DNA of 35,101 bases from contig CAYXFO010000003.1 of NCBI GenBank assembly GCA_964464255.1, positions 1 through 35,101 on the forward strand, written 5' to 3'. The position numbers and the translations under genes were made by a program. The notes under the pieces are model-generated. The model did no database searches, had not been told where the DNA came from, and worked only from the letters and a program-made list of their open reading frames with translations. Of this stretch, positions 8,606-17,661 are shown in pieces. The DNA is from an uncultured Pirellula sp. Lineage in GTDB: Bacteria > Planctomycetota > Planctomycetia > Pirellulales > Pirellulaceae. Every line of letters begins with the position of its first letter. The stretch's first letter is position 1.

Positions 8606-10605
8606 CCTGGAATCTTCTTTCGCGTCGCATCCATTATTGGGTCTCACCATTCCTGGCAATCCCCATCCTGATCATCGTCTGCTCCGGAATCCTGCTTCAA
8701 GTCAAGAAACAATGGTCTTGGGTCCAGCCACCCGAGCAACGGGGCAAAGGGTCGGTACCGCACATCGATTTCCCCACGCTGCTTCACTCAATACAGCAAC
8801 AAGATGAATCGCCTGTCGCCGGTTGGGACGATGTCCAACGGATCGATGTTCGGCCATCCAAGGGGATGGCAAAGGTCACTCTGAAATCGGGTTGGGAAGT
8901 GCAAGTCGATATGCAGGATGGGACCATTCTGCAGACCGCCATGCGACGTTCGGATTGGATCGAGTCGATCCATGATGGTTCGTTCTTTGCAGGGGATGTC
9001 ACCAAGCTCGGGGTCTTTCTCCCATCGGCGATCGGATTAGCGGTTCTGTGGGTGACCGGCGCTTGGTTGTTCTGGCTTCCATTTGCGGCGCGACGCAAAC
9101 GGAAACTTCGCCAGGCAGCAGCGACGTTGGCAGGTTTGATACTAGCCGCCTGTGCTATTAGCGAACAGACCTGCAATGCCAACGAGTCTGAGCGATGGAA
9201 TGTGGTGTTCATCCTGGCCGACGATCTCGGATGGGGCGAATTGGGTTGCTATGGACAAGAAAAGTTATTGACCCCCAACATCGATCGCCTCGCCCGAGAG
9301 GGTATGCGATTCACGCAGCATTACAGTGGAGCGCCGGTCTGCGCCCCTTCGCGGTGTGTGCTGATGACCGGCAAGCATATGGGGCATGCGGAGATCCGCG
9401 GGAATCTGCCAGCACCCAAGCTCTTTCCGGAATTCACTGAAGGACAATACCCGCTATCACCCCAGGCCTTGACCATCGCATCCCACATTCGCGAGGCGGG
9501 TTATGCGACCGGAGCCTTCGGTAAATGGGGACTCGGGCCGGTAGGCAGTACCGGCGACCCGAACACCCAAGGCTTCGATCTTTTCTTCGGTTACAACTGC
9601 CAATCGGTCGCGCACAGTTATTACCCAGCCAACCTATGGCGCAATCGCGAGAAAGTCCCTCTCAACGCACGACCTGCTTCGGGACACCCAAAGGATCCCA
9701 CCGGCGACGAACCGGCCGAACGATGGCGAAGCGAGAACTATGCACCCTATCGCATGATCGATGAAGCCGAAGCATTCCTCAACCAGAACGCGGATCGACC
9801 ATTCTTTCTCTATTTGCCGTTCATCGAACCGCATGTCGCCATGCATCCACCCCAAGAGTCGATCGATCGCTTTCCCAGTGAATGGGATCGGGAACCTTAC
9901 CGCGGAGGGAACGGCTACACTCCCCATCCTCGACCGCGAGCCGCATACGCCGCGATGATCCATGACCTCGATTCCTATGTGGGACGGATTCTCAACGCCT
10001 TGGATCGACATGGCATCGCCGATCGCACCTTGGTTGTGTTCTCCAGCGACAACGGAACGACGCATGCGGGACAAAAAGAGAAAGGGTTTCATGTCGGAGG
10101 AGTCGATGCAGAGTTCTTTCGAAGCACCGCCGACCTGCGCGGTTTCAAGGGAAGCGTTTACGAGGGTGGCATCCGCGTCCCGATGATCGCTCGACTTCCG
10201 GGCGTCATTCCCGCAGCAACGACCAATGATAACCCATGCTACTTCGCCGACTGGTTTCCCACTCTTTGCGAGTTGCTCGGTCTGAAAACACCGAGCGGGC
10301 TCGATGGAGTCAGCCTGATGCCGATCCTGCGCGATCCCAAGGCTCGATTGGAACAGCGACCACCGATGGTCTGGGTCTTTCCCGAGTACAGCGGTCAGGT
10401 AGCTCTGCGCTGGGGAAATTACAAATTAGTGCGCCGGGGGCTGGCCACCAAAAATCCTGGCGATTGGGAGTTATACAACCTCGCTTCAGATCGAAGCGAG
10501 TCCTCGAGTTTGTCGACAACGCACCCGGAAAAGCTCCAGGAGGGAATCGAGATCTTGCTCCGCAATATGTCGGACAACCCAGTGTTCCCTGTCCGCCTGC
10601 CCTAA
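8602..10605 (+). CDS. Fusion of a PepSY-associated TM protein (N-terminal ~170 aa) and a formylglycine-dependent arylsulfatase
   Basis: N-terminal part: RRIHYW-TM-SGILL...WIESIHDG-TM-RRKRK. C-terminal part: NVVFILADDLG, CAPSRCVLMTG (CxPxR), GKWGLG, SSDNG and KGSVYEGGIRVP. ATGA overlap with the kinase gene. Confidence 0.88.
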   Translation: MTWNLLSRRIHYWVSPFLAIPILIIVCSGILLQVKKQWSWVQPPEQRGKGSVPHIDFPTLLHSIQQQDESPVAGWDDVQRIDVRPSKGMAKVTLKSGWEVQVDMQDGTILQTAMRRSDWIESIHDGSFFAGDVTKLGVFLPSAIGLAVLWVTGAWLFWLPFAARRKRKLRQAAATLAGLILAACAISEQTCNANESERWNVVFILADDLGWGELGCYGQEKLLTPNIDRLAREGMRFTQHYSGAPVCAPSRCVLMTGKHMGHAEIRGNLPAPKLFPEFTEGQYPLSPQALTIASHIREAGYATGAFGKWGLGPVGSTGDPNTQGFDLFFGYNCQSVAHSYYPANLWRNREKVPLNARPASGHPKDPTGDEPAERWRSENYAPYRMIDEAEAFLNQNADRPFFLYLPFIEPHVAMHPPQESIDRFPSEWDREPYRGGNGYTPHPRPRAAYAAMIHDLDSYVGRILNALDRHGIADRTLVVFSSDNGTTHAGQKEKGFHVGGVDAEFFRSTADLRGFKGSVYEGGIRVPMIARLPGVIPAATTNDNPCYFADWFPTLCELLGLKTPSGLDGVSLMPILRDPKARLEQRPPMVWVFPEYSGQVALRWGNYKLVRRGLATKNPGDWELYNLASDRSESSSLSTTHPEKLQEGIEILLRNMSDNPVFPVRLP

Positions 10606-10656
10606 TTATAGCTAAACCGGAGCTCACGCAATCTTATTTCAATGTTCAAACAATAG

Positions 10657-10690
10657 TTGTCTGGACAAGTAATTTTTGTCGGGTTAGCAT
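10657..10690 (+). promoter_or_regulatory. Sigma70-like promoter (TGGACA-17-TAGCAT) overlapped by the palindrome TTGTC-TG-GACAA; predicted leaderless start at 10697
   Basis: -35 at 10662-10667 and -10 at 10685-10690. The ATG begins 7 nt after the -10 and there is no SD. Inverted repeat at 10657-10668. Confidence 0.45.
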
Positions 10691-10696
10691 ATCGCC

Positions 10697-11998
10697 ATGG
10701 CGACCTCTTCTCTGACAAATGTCCAGCTAGCTGTTTATTTCTTTTTCCAGCTCGGGGTGATCCTCCTGGTTTGCCGCGCCGTGGGTGTAGTCGCAAAACG
10801 GTTTGGCCAACCGCAGGTGGTCGCAGAAATGATCGCAGGGGTGCTGCTCGGTCCATCCCTGTTCGGATTGCTCGCACCCGAGTGGCAGCAATGGGTGTTC
10901 CCAAGGAACCCGGATAACCCGAATCAGCTATCGCGCGATATCCAGGGTTATCTTTTCCCCGCATCGCAGTTGGGTCTAGCTCTTTACATGTTCGTCGTCG
11001 GGATGGAGTTTCGCGTCGATATCGTTCGCGAGAACTTTCGAAGTTCCGTTGCGGTGTCGATCGCAGGTATGGTGGCACCGTTCCTGCTCGGGGCTGGATT
11101 GGCTTGGTACTTCTATAACAACACTCAGCTTTTTCCCGAGAACACCCAACGCTGGCAGGGGATGATTTTTCTCGGAGCGTCCCTTTGCATCACTGCCTTT
11201 CCGATGTTGGCTCGGATCATCCATTACAAGGGTTTGACGGGAACACTGATGGGTACAGTCGCCATCGGGGCGGGTGCGATCGACGATGCCACCGCATGGT
11301 GTCTGCTTGCTGTCGTCCTCGCGAGCATCGATGGCAAGTTTGAAAATGCTATTCAAAGCATCGGCGGTGGTGTCGCATTTGTGCTGGTTGTTCTCCTAGT
11401 CATTCGACCGCTATTGCACATGATTCAGGATCGATTGATCGAAACCGCGGAGAACGGCAAACGAATCCTGAGCGAAACGGGCTTTGTAGTCGGTTTAGCC
11501 CTCATGGCGTTTGGTGCGTGGTTTACGGATCGGATCGACTTGCACGCCGTGTTTGGCGCGTTCATTGTTGGCTCAGCGATTCCGCGGGGAGTGATGCACC
11601 GCGATATGATCGCGAGAATTCAACCATTGACGGTAGGACTGCTGTTGCCGCTATTCTTTACCTTCTCGGGTCTCAATACTCGGATTGGGCTGTTGAACTC
11701 CGCATATCTATGGGCATTGTGCGGTTTGGTTTTGGTGGCATCGATTCTCGGTAAAGGATTTGCATGTTGGGGAGCGGCCCGCGCGTCGGGGCTCCCCAAT
11801 CGGGAGGCGCTCGGAATCGGTGCCTTGATGAACGCGCGAGGATTGATGGAACTGATCATCATCAATATCGGATTGCAGCGAGGCGTGATCTCTGGAGAAC
11901 TGTTCGCCATTCTGGTGATCATGGCGGTGGTGACCACTCTTATGGCGTCGCCGATTTTTGATCTGCTGCGATTGAATCCGACTGCGTCGAATCGCTGA
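10697..11998 (+). CDS. Cation:proton antiporter (CPA2/Kef-type), membrane domain only
   Basis: GQPQVVAEMIAGVLLGPS, MFVVGME, ITAFPMLARI, AIDDATAW, HAVFGAF and MNARGLMELII, with about 12 hydrophobic segments. Confidence 0.92.
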   Translation: MATSSLTNVQLAVYFFFQLGVILLVCRAVGVVAKRFGQPQVVAEMIAGVLLGPSLFGLLAPEWQQWVFPRNPDNPNQLSRDIQGYLFPASQLGLALYMFVVGMEFRVDIVRENFRSSVAVSIAGMVAPFLLGAGLAWYFYNNTQLFPENTQRWQGMIFLGASLCITAFPMLARIIHYKGLTGTLMGTVAIGAGAIDDATAWCLLAVVLASIDGKFENAIQSIGGGVAFVLVVLLVIRPLLHMIQDRLIETAENGKRILSETGFVVGLALMAFGAWFTDRIDLHAVFGAFIVGSAIPRGVMHRDMIARIQPLTVGLLLPLFFTFSGLNTRIGLLNSAYLWALCGLVLVASILGKGFACWGAARASGLPNREALGIGALMNARGLMELIIINIGLQRGVISGELFAILVIMAVVTTLMASPIFDLLRLNPTASNR

Positions 11999-12518
11999 AC
12001 GAAAATGAATAGATGCCGAGCATGATCGCGCCGACAACCAGCAGACTGTCCGCGATATTGAAGTTGGGCCATGTGTATTCGCCGTAGCGAAACAGTATCC
12101 AATCCCGCACTCCGCCAGCGTTGCGGCCTGGCAGATCATGGATGTTCAATCGATCGTAAAGATTACCGAGAATCCCACCCGACACCAATCCGAGCGCGCA
12201 GGTCAGCCAAGACGACCGGGCACCCTGAAACTTGAACAACCACAGCGCGATCGCGACGATTGCACAGATCGACACCGCTCCGAAAACTAACCCTAGGCCT
12301 TGGCCAAAACCAAACAGAGCTCCCTGATTCACGGCTGTCTCAAACCCGAAATAGTTCTCGATCAGCCAATGCGGAGGTCTCTCGCCAGGCAAACCCAATG
12401 CATCGAAGATCGCCTGCTTGGTCCACAGATCGCAGCCGCAACCCAAGATCGTGAGCCCGATATAGGTCCACAGCCGGTGCCGCAAAATCGATTTGGGGAT
12501 GGGACGGGAAGTGTTCAT
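11940..12518 (-). CDS. lspA: Lipoprotein signal peptidase (signal peptidase II)
   Basis: DLWTK, NQGALFG, GGILGNLYDRL, VRDWI and WPNFNIADS motifs. Start placed at ATG 12518 (MNTSRP), just after the lptE-like stop. Confidence 0.9.
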   Translation of the reverse strand: MNTSRPIPKSILRHRLWTYIGLTILGCGCDLWTKQAIFDALGLPGERPPHWLIENYFGFETAVNQGALFGFGQGLGLVFGAVSICAIVAIALWLFKFQGARSSWLTCALGLVSGGILGNLYDRLNIHDLPGRNAGGVRDWILFRYGEYTWPNFNIADSLLVVGAIMLGIYSFSFSDSTQSDSIAADQKSATP

Positions 12519-12528
12519 CGAAATGATT

Positions 12529-13080
12529 CTACCAGCGAGCTTCCATGTGATCGACGATGTGGTCGGCGAGTCGTTCGGCGGCTCGCTGGAAGGATGTCGA
12601 GATCGACTGGCCCGCCTCGGGGACAAAATCGGTCCGTTCCGAGAAGTAATGGCTTACCTCTCCAGGGGGCATGAACCGTGTTTCGATCAAGTTCATACCT
12701 CGTCGATCGGCCCAACTCAACTCGACATTCATCACTGTTTCGAGCAATCGAGGCTCGTCGGTAATCACTTCGCTCTTCACACGCTTGGCATCGTTGGTCA
12801 ACCGGACTGTTAATACCGAATCGGCAGTGGCCGATTGACTCAGTTTGTAGGGAGTGCGCTTTTCGATCTCTTTTTGAAGAGCCTCGGTGATCAGCACGCC
12901 CAGTTCAGGTCGAAAGCTGTCGCTCCGGACAACCGGAACATGAATCGTTCGGATGTCGTTTCGATAAAGACCTGCGTTGCCGAAACGGTAACCCAAGCAA
13001 CCCGGCACGGAAACTACGCCGATCAAAAGGGTGATGGCAATTCCGCATGTCTGCCAGAAACTGTTCCCTCGGGTGGTCAT
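12529..13080 (-). CDS. lptE: LptE-family (LPS assembly) lipoprotein
   Basis: Lipobox-like VPGC-LGY, then IRTIHVPV, LITEALQKEIEKRTPY, ADSVL and AAERLADHIV. ATGA-coupled to the bamD-like gene. Confidence 0.7.
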   Translation of the reverse strand: MTTRGNSFWQTCGIAITLLIGVVSVPGCLGYRFGNAGLYRNDIRTIHVPVVRSDSFRPELGVLITEALQKEIEKRTPYKLSQSATADSVLTVRLTNDAKRVKSEVITDEPRLLETVMNVELSWADRRGMNLIETRFMPPGEVSHYFSERTDFVPEAGQSISTSFQRAAERLADHIVDHMEARW

Positions 13081-14384
13081 CGTCGCGTCGACCCATCTCC
13101 AGATGCCATGATCCCCTTGGACTCTTTGGCGCGATTCTCTTCCGCAGCCTTTACGATCGGTCCGATTTTGTCGCGTGTCGGGAACACGGTTGTCATCCAG
13201 CTCATATACGGAGTCGGCACCGCTGGCTTTCCATCTCCTTTACCGATGATTTCGCGAGCTTTGTCTGCGAAGGGAGTATCGGAGAAGTCTTCGAGGATCC
13301 GATCGCAATAGATCTTCGCCGCTGCGTATTCCTCTTTGTTCGCGCGGTATTGGGCTTCGTCGTACAATCGCTCGGCCTCGCGAAATTTGACTTCGGCCAT
13401 CATCTCGCGAATCTGATCCTTGTTCTCCAAAGCCTGATCCGGAAACTGCTTGACCATCTGCTTGAGGAGTTTCTCAGCATGCTCTAGCGGTTCCGAGGTG
13501 TACTGCGCTCCCTGATAAGAGAGCAGAGCGGATTTGGCACCGAGGAAATGGGCATCGAACTGGTGCGGGCTGTCTGCGTATATGGTGATCAAGTCGCGGT
13601 AGGCATCGAGTGCCTCGGGCCAATTCTCTCGCTTGAACTCGGTATTTGCGATCTCCATGGTCACGTCGTCAGCGAGCCTGCTCGTCGGACTGTCCAATCG
13701 CAACTTCTCCAAGACCCGTTTGCCATTGTTTTCGGTATCATTCAAAGGACGTTTGTCATCGGTGAAGTTCAAGTTGTAGAACTTATCAGGAAACTGCAGC
13801 CAGTATTGCCCTATCTCCATGCGGCGTCGATCGACTTGGTCTTGCCAACGCGTGCGCGGATACTCTTTCATCAGCTTCACATACTGGTTCTCTGCTTTGG
13901 GGTAATCCTCGGCAAAGTAGTAGCTCTCGGCTGCCATGAACATCGCATCCTGCTCCAGCGCGCTACTGGTCCAGTCTTTGGCTGCTGCTAGGTACTGTTT
14001 CCCAGCCTTTCGGAATAACTCGCGTCGCTCAGTACCCTCAGCATTCTTGGCTTGTTCGAACAACTGATCCGCCTCGCGATACTGTTGTCTTGCCTCGTCC
14101 TTATTGATCGGCCGTTGTCCCAGTCCTGGAATGTCTTGCAGAATCTTGGGCAAATTCGAATTCACTCGTCGATTGGCACGAGCCCCCTCAGGGCGGATCC
14201 AGTTCCCCTCGCGATCCTCGTATCCTTCGACCTCATTCTTGGCTCGTGCATACTCGTCCTCCCCCTTCCATGGATTGAGGCTCGCGCATCCGAGACAACT
14301 GAGCAGCAAACAGGTCGGCGCTCCCAGCTTCAACCAATGGGAACGAAACAGTATGCAAGTATGTTCGCGGCTTTGGCAATTCAA
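13077..14384 (-). CDS. bamD: BamD/YfiO-like TPR outer-membrane assembly lipoprotein
   Basis: Lipobox LLLSCLGC and TPR helices (AMFMAAESYYFAEDYPKA..Y..LMKEYP; AAKIYCDRILEDFSDTPFA). Start is likely TTG at 14384, which overlaps the recO TGA and has GGAGGAG upstream. Confidence 0.72.
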   Translation of the reverse strand: MNCQSREHTCILFRSHWLKLGAPTCLLLSCLGCASLNPWKGEDEYARAKNEVEGYEDREGNWIRPEGARANRRVNSNLPKILQDIPGLGQRPINKDEARQQYREADQLFEQAKNAEGTERRELFRKAGKQYLAAAKDWTSSALEQDAMFMAAESYYFAEDYPKAENQYVKLMKEYPRTRWQDQVDRRRMEIGQYWLQFPDKFYNLNFTDDKRPLNDTENNGKRVLEKLRLDSPTSRLADDVTMEIANTEFKRENWPEALDAYRDLITIYADSPHQFDAHFLGAKSALLSYQGAQYTSEPLEHAEKLLKQMVKQFPDQALENKDQIREMMAEVKFREAERLYDEAQYRANKEEYAAAKIYCDRILEDFSDTPFADKAREIIGKGDGKPAVPTPYMSWMTTVFPTRDKIGPIVKAAEENRAKESKGIMASGDGSTRR

Positions 14385-15136
14385 CGCTTCAACTCCTCCA
14401 GGAATGGGAGCAGCCTTAGCCTTCGCTCGGACAACTGATTGAGTATGTGTTCCATCACGAATCGCGTTTCGCTCTTGGCTGTTTCCGGAATAGAAAACTC
14501 GAGATCGTTCAAGCTCGCCTCGGATGCTCTCTGCAGTACGCGAACGGTATGAGTGGTGATGCGAAGGACGTTTCGTTGGACAGGTGAACACGCAGGACAG
14601 GCCGCCCCTCCGCCCGATGTGGTCAATGCCACCGTCGGTCGATCCATATCGATCGGGTCGCCGCATCCTACGCACTGCGCCAGACTCGGCAACAACCCCA
14701 ACATCCGCAACGCCTGCAACTCAAATCGCAGCGTCGCACTCGATGCACACTCCCCCTCATCCAAAGCCGTCAATGTCAGCGACAACCAATCCATCCAACC
14801 GGGAATCGGTTGGTGATCTTCAGTCAATACGTTTGTCAGCTCCACCGCGTGAAAACCACAATACAAGGGTAGCAATCCACGCTGGGCGGATCGAAAACGT
14901 CGCTGCAACTTGGCCTCGGTGAGCAAGTCCAGGGTGTCTCCGGTCTTAGTCAGGAACACTACGGATGACCGACTTAACAGGTCAAGAGCAGATTCGAAGG
15001 GACTCTTCAGCCGCCGCGCTCCCTTGGCGATCGCCGATATCTTGCCAAAACCCTCCGTCCACAACGTGACTACCAGACTGGTCTCGCTCCATGGGACCGT
15101 ACGAAGGACGATAGCATCGGACTTCTCAAGTGGCAT
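14381..15136 (-). CDS. recO: DNA repair protein RecO
   Basis: AIVLRTVPWSETSLVVTLWT..GKISAIAKGARRLKS OB fold, RFELQALRMLG, and a C4 zinc finger (CVGC...CPAC). Confidence 0.93.
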   Translation of the reverse strand: MPLEKSDAIVLRTVPWSETSLVVTLWTEGFGKISAIAKGARRLKSPFESALDLLSRSSVVFLTKTGDTLDLLTEAKLQRRFRSAQRGLLPLYCGFHAVELTNVLTEDHQPIPGWMDWLSLTLTALDEGECASSATLRFELQALRMLGLLPSLAQCVGCGDPIDMDRPTVALTTSGGGAACPACSPVQRNVLRITTHTVRVLQRASEASLNDLEFSIPETAKSETRFVMEHILNQLSERRLRLLPFLEELKR

Positions 15137-15139
15137 AAA

Positions 15140-17656
15140 TCAAGTCGCAACCATGAAATCCCGCAGCGCCTCGCCGGTCGCCGACTCCATCTGAGCTATT
15201 CGCTCCGGCGGCCCCTCGCCAAGGATTCGACCGCCACCGGCTCCCCCCTCCGGTCCCAAATCGATCACCCAGTCACAACTGCGAATCAAGTCCATATGGT
15301 GCTCGATCACCAAAACCGTATGTCCGCCATCAACCAATCCTTGCAGCACCGATACCAACCTCGCCACGTCCGATAAGTGCAAGCCTGTCGTCGGTTCGTC
15401 CAGCACATACAGCGTTCGATCGTTCGTTCCACGACCCAATTCATTTGCTAGCTTCAATCGTTGGGCCTCTCCACCACTGAGAGTGGTCGCACGCTGACCG
15501 AGGGTGAGATAACCTAGACCTACATCCTGCAGCTTCCGCAAGACGCGATGCAGGCTATCGAAGCTATCGAAAAATGCAGCCGCTTCATCGACGGTCATTT
15601 CCAACACCTGCGCGATGTTCTTCCCTTTGAAGTGGACTGCGAGGGTGGCTCGATTGAATCGCCGACCATTGCATGTAGAGCAGGGAACATCGACATCTTC
15701 GAGGAAGCTCATCTCTAGCTTCAATCGTCCCTGGCCTGCACAGGTTTCGCATCGACCGGCACCTGCGTTGAAGCTGAACCTAGCCGCTGCGAAACCTCGC
15801 TGCTTGGCATCTCGCGTGGCGGCAAAGATCTTTCGGATGTCGTCCCATAGACCGACATAGGTAGCCGGTACGCTGCGCGGGGATCGGCCGATCGGTGACT
15901 GGTCGACTTCGATCAACCGATCGATATGCTCGGCTCCTTGGAGTTCGCGCCAATGTCCTTTTGTTTTCGTTCCCGCCAGATGCGAGGATACCGCAAGCAC
16001 CAGGGTATCGTGGACCAGCGTACTCTTGCCGCTGCCGCTGACCCCGGTGATGCCAACCAATCGACCGAGCGGTATCCGAACCGACGCATCGTGCAGATTG
16101 TTTTTGGTGATCCCTTTCAATGCGAGATGGGGAAGATCCTCGTCGACAGCTCGATGTCGCGAGCGAGCAACCTGTTGATGCCCGATCAAGTATTGTGCTG
16201 TGACCGACTCGGAAACCTTTTGCACTTGTTTAGGAGATCCGGCCGCAATGATTCGTCCGCCATGACGGCCTGCACCGGGTCCGATATCGACGAGCATGTC
16301 GGCGGCTCGCATCAACATCTCGTCGTGCTCGACGACGACAACCGTGTTCCCTTGTCGTTGCAACGATCTGAGGATCGCGATGAGCCGCTGGGTGTCTCGA
16401 GGATGCAATCCGATCGATGGTTCATCGAGTACATAGCACACGCCGATCAAGCCTGTGCCAACGCTGGTCGCCAATCGCACGCGTTGCAGCTCGCCGCCAC
16501 TGAGCGTTTCGGCAGGACGATCGAGCGTCAGATACGACAGTCCGACCTGCTGCAAATATTCCATACGGGGGATAATCTCCTTGAGAATCGGTCCGACGAT
16601 CCGCTGATCATCCCCTTCGAGCTCCAAGTGCTTGAGCCACTCGTTGCAATCATCCAATGGCATGCGGACCAAGTCGGCAATCGACTTGTCGACGAAGCGA
16701 ACTGCAAGCGACTCCGGACGGAGACGCGCGCCGTGGCACGCTGGACATGGTTCGCGCGACGGCGTGTCGAGACGACCGAATCCTTCGCACTTGGGGCAAG
16801 CTCCATAGGCACTATTGAAACTGAAGGTTCGCGGCTCGAGCTCCGGCATGTTCACGCCGCATTCCACGCATGCGTATCGCGTCGAATAGAGATGCTCGGT
16901 TTCATGGGTTTCGCGACCCTCCGATGGTGATTGGCAATAGGCTGCGACCAACCCATGGGTCAACGAAAGGGCTTGCATGATGGCCTGCTCGATTCGCTCG
17001 GCGTTATCGGGTCTGAGGATGACGCGATCGACGACTCCGGAAATCGAATGCTCGCGCCGTATCGCCAGGACGGGTGGTTGTTCGAGTTCCACGAACTCGC
17101 CATCTACTTTTGCGCGAACCAATCCCGCTTGAATCATCCGGTCGAACACGTCGGCATGACTCCCTTTGCGGCTCAAAACCATCGGGGCCAAGATCGTAAG
17201 CTTGGTTCCAGCAGGGAACTTTAGGATCGATGCCAAGATTGCCGAGGGGGCTTGGCGATCGATAGGGCGTCCGCATTTGTGGCACGCAGGAATCCCGCCG
17301 CGAGCCATCAGGAGTCTCAGAAAGTCATAGATCTCACTGATCGTTCCGACGGTGCTGCGCGGACTGAAGACCCCTTGGTGTTGATCGATGCATAACGATG
17401 GCTGCAGCCCTCGAATCGAATCGACTTGCGGACGCTCCATCTGGTCGACAAACTGCCGCGTGTAGCTCGAGAGGCTTTGCAGATATTGCCGTTGCCCTTC
17501 GGCGAACAGCGTATCGAAGGCGAGGGAGCTCTTGCCGCTGCCGCTAACGCCCGTCAGCACGGTCAGCTTGCCGCGCGGGATATCGAGATCGACCTTTTGG
17601 AGATTATGGGTACGAGCCCCTCGGATCTCGATATAGGTAGTCGCAGCTTTCTTCAT
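15140..17656 (-). CDS. uvrA: Excinuclease ABC subunit A, short variant lacking the insertion domain
   Basis: IRGARTHNL, two Walker A motifs (GVSGSGKS), LSGGE signatures, LDEP Walker B motifs and zinc fingers. About 838 aa from ATG 17656; the TTG at 17674 is a possible alternative start. Confidence 0.93.
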   Translation of the reverse strand: MKKAATTYIEIRGARTHNLQKVDLDIPRGKLTVLTGVSGSGKSSLAFDTLFAEGQRQYLQSLSSYTRQFVDQMERPQVDSIRGLQPSLCIDQHQGVFSPRSTVGTISEIYDFLRLLMARGGIPACHKCGRPIDRQAPSAILASILKFPAGTKLTILAPMVLSRKGSHADVFDRMIQAGLVRAKVDGEFVELEQPPVLAIRREHSISGVVDRVILRPDNAERIEQAIMQALSLTHGLVAAYCQSPSEGRETHETEHLYSTRYACVECGVNMPELEPRTFSFNSAYGACPKCEGFGRLDTPSREPCPACHGARLRPESLAVRFVDKSIADLVRMPLDDCNEWLKHLELEGDDQRIVGPILKEIIPRMEYLQQVGLSYLTLDRPAETLSGGELQRVRLATSVGTGLIGVCYVLDEPSIGLHPRDTQRLIAILRSLQRQGNTVVVVEHDEMLMRAADMLVDIGPGAGRHGGRIIAAGSPKQVQKVSESVTAQYLIGHQQVARSRHRAVDEDLPHLALKGITKNNLHDASVRIPLGRLVGITGVSGSGKSTLVHDTLVLAVSSHLAGTKTKGHWRELQGAEHIDRLIEVDQSPIGRSPRSVPATYVGLWDDIRKIFAATRDAKQRGFAAARFSFNAGAGRCETCAGQGRLKLEMSFLEDVDVPCSTCNGRRFNRATLAVHFKGKNIAQVLEMTVDEAAAFFDSFDSLHRVLRKLQDVGLGYLTLGQRATTLSGGEAQRLKLANELGRGTNDRTLYVLDEPTTGLHLSDVARLVSVLQGLVDGGHTVLVIEHHMDLIRSCDWVIDLGPEGGAGGGRILGEGPPERIAQMESATGEALRDFMVAT

Positions 17657-17661
17657 CGATC

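Noticed and set aside
14385-14675. Long N-terminal extension of the bamD-like ORF
   Set aside because: It overlaps recO in another frame; the TTG at 14384 with a strong SD is the better start.
15926-16930. 334-aa plus-strand ORF antisense to uvrA (and similar shadow ORFs at 4194-4940, 22042-22743 and 30142-30846)
   Set aside because: No recognisable motifs. Long antisense frames are expected opposite conserved genes with GC-rich codons.
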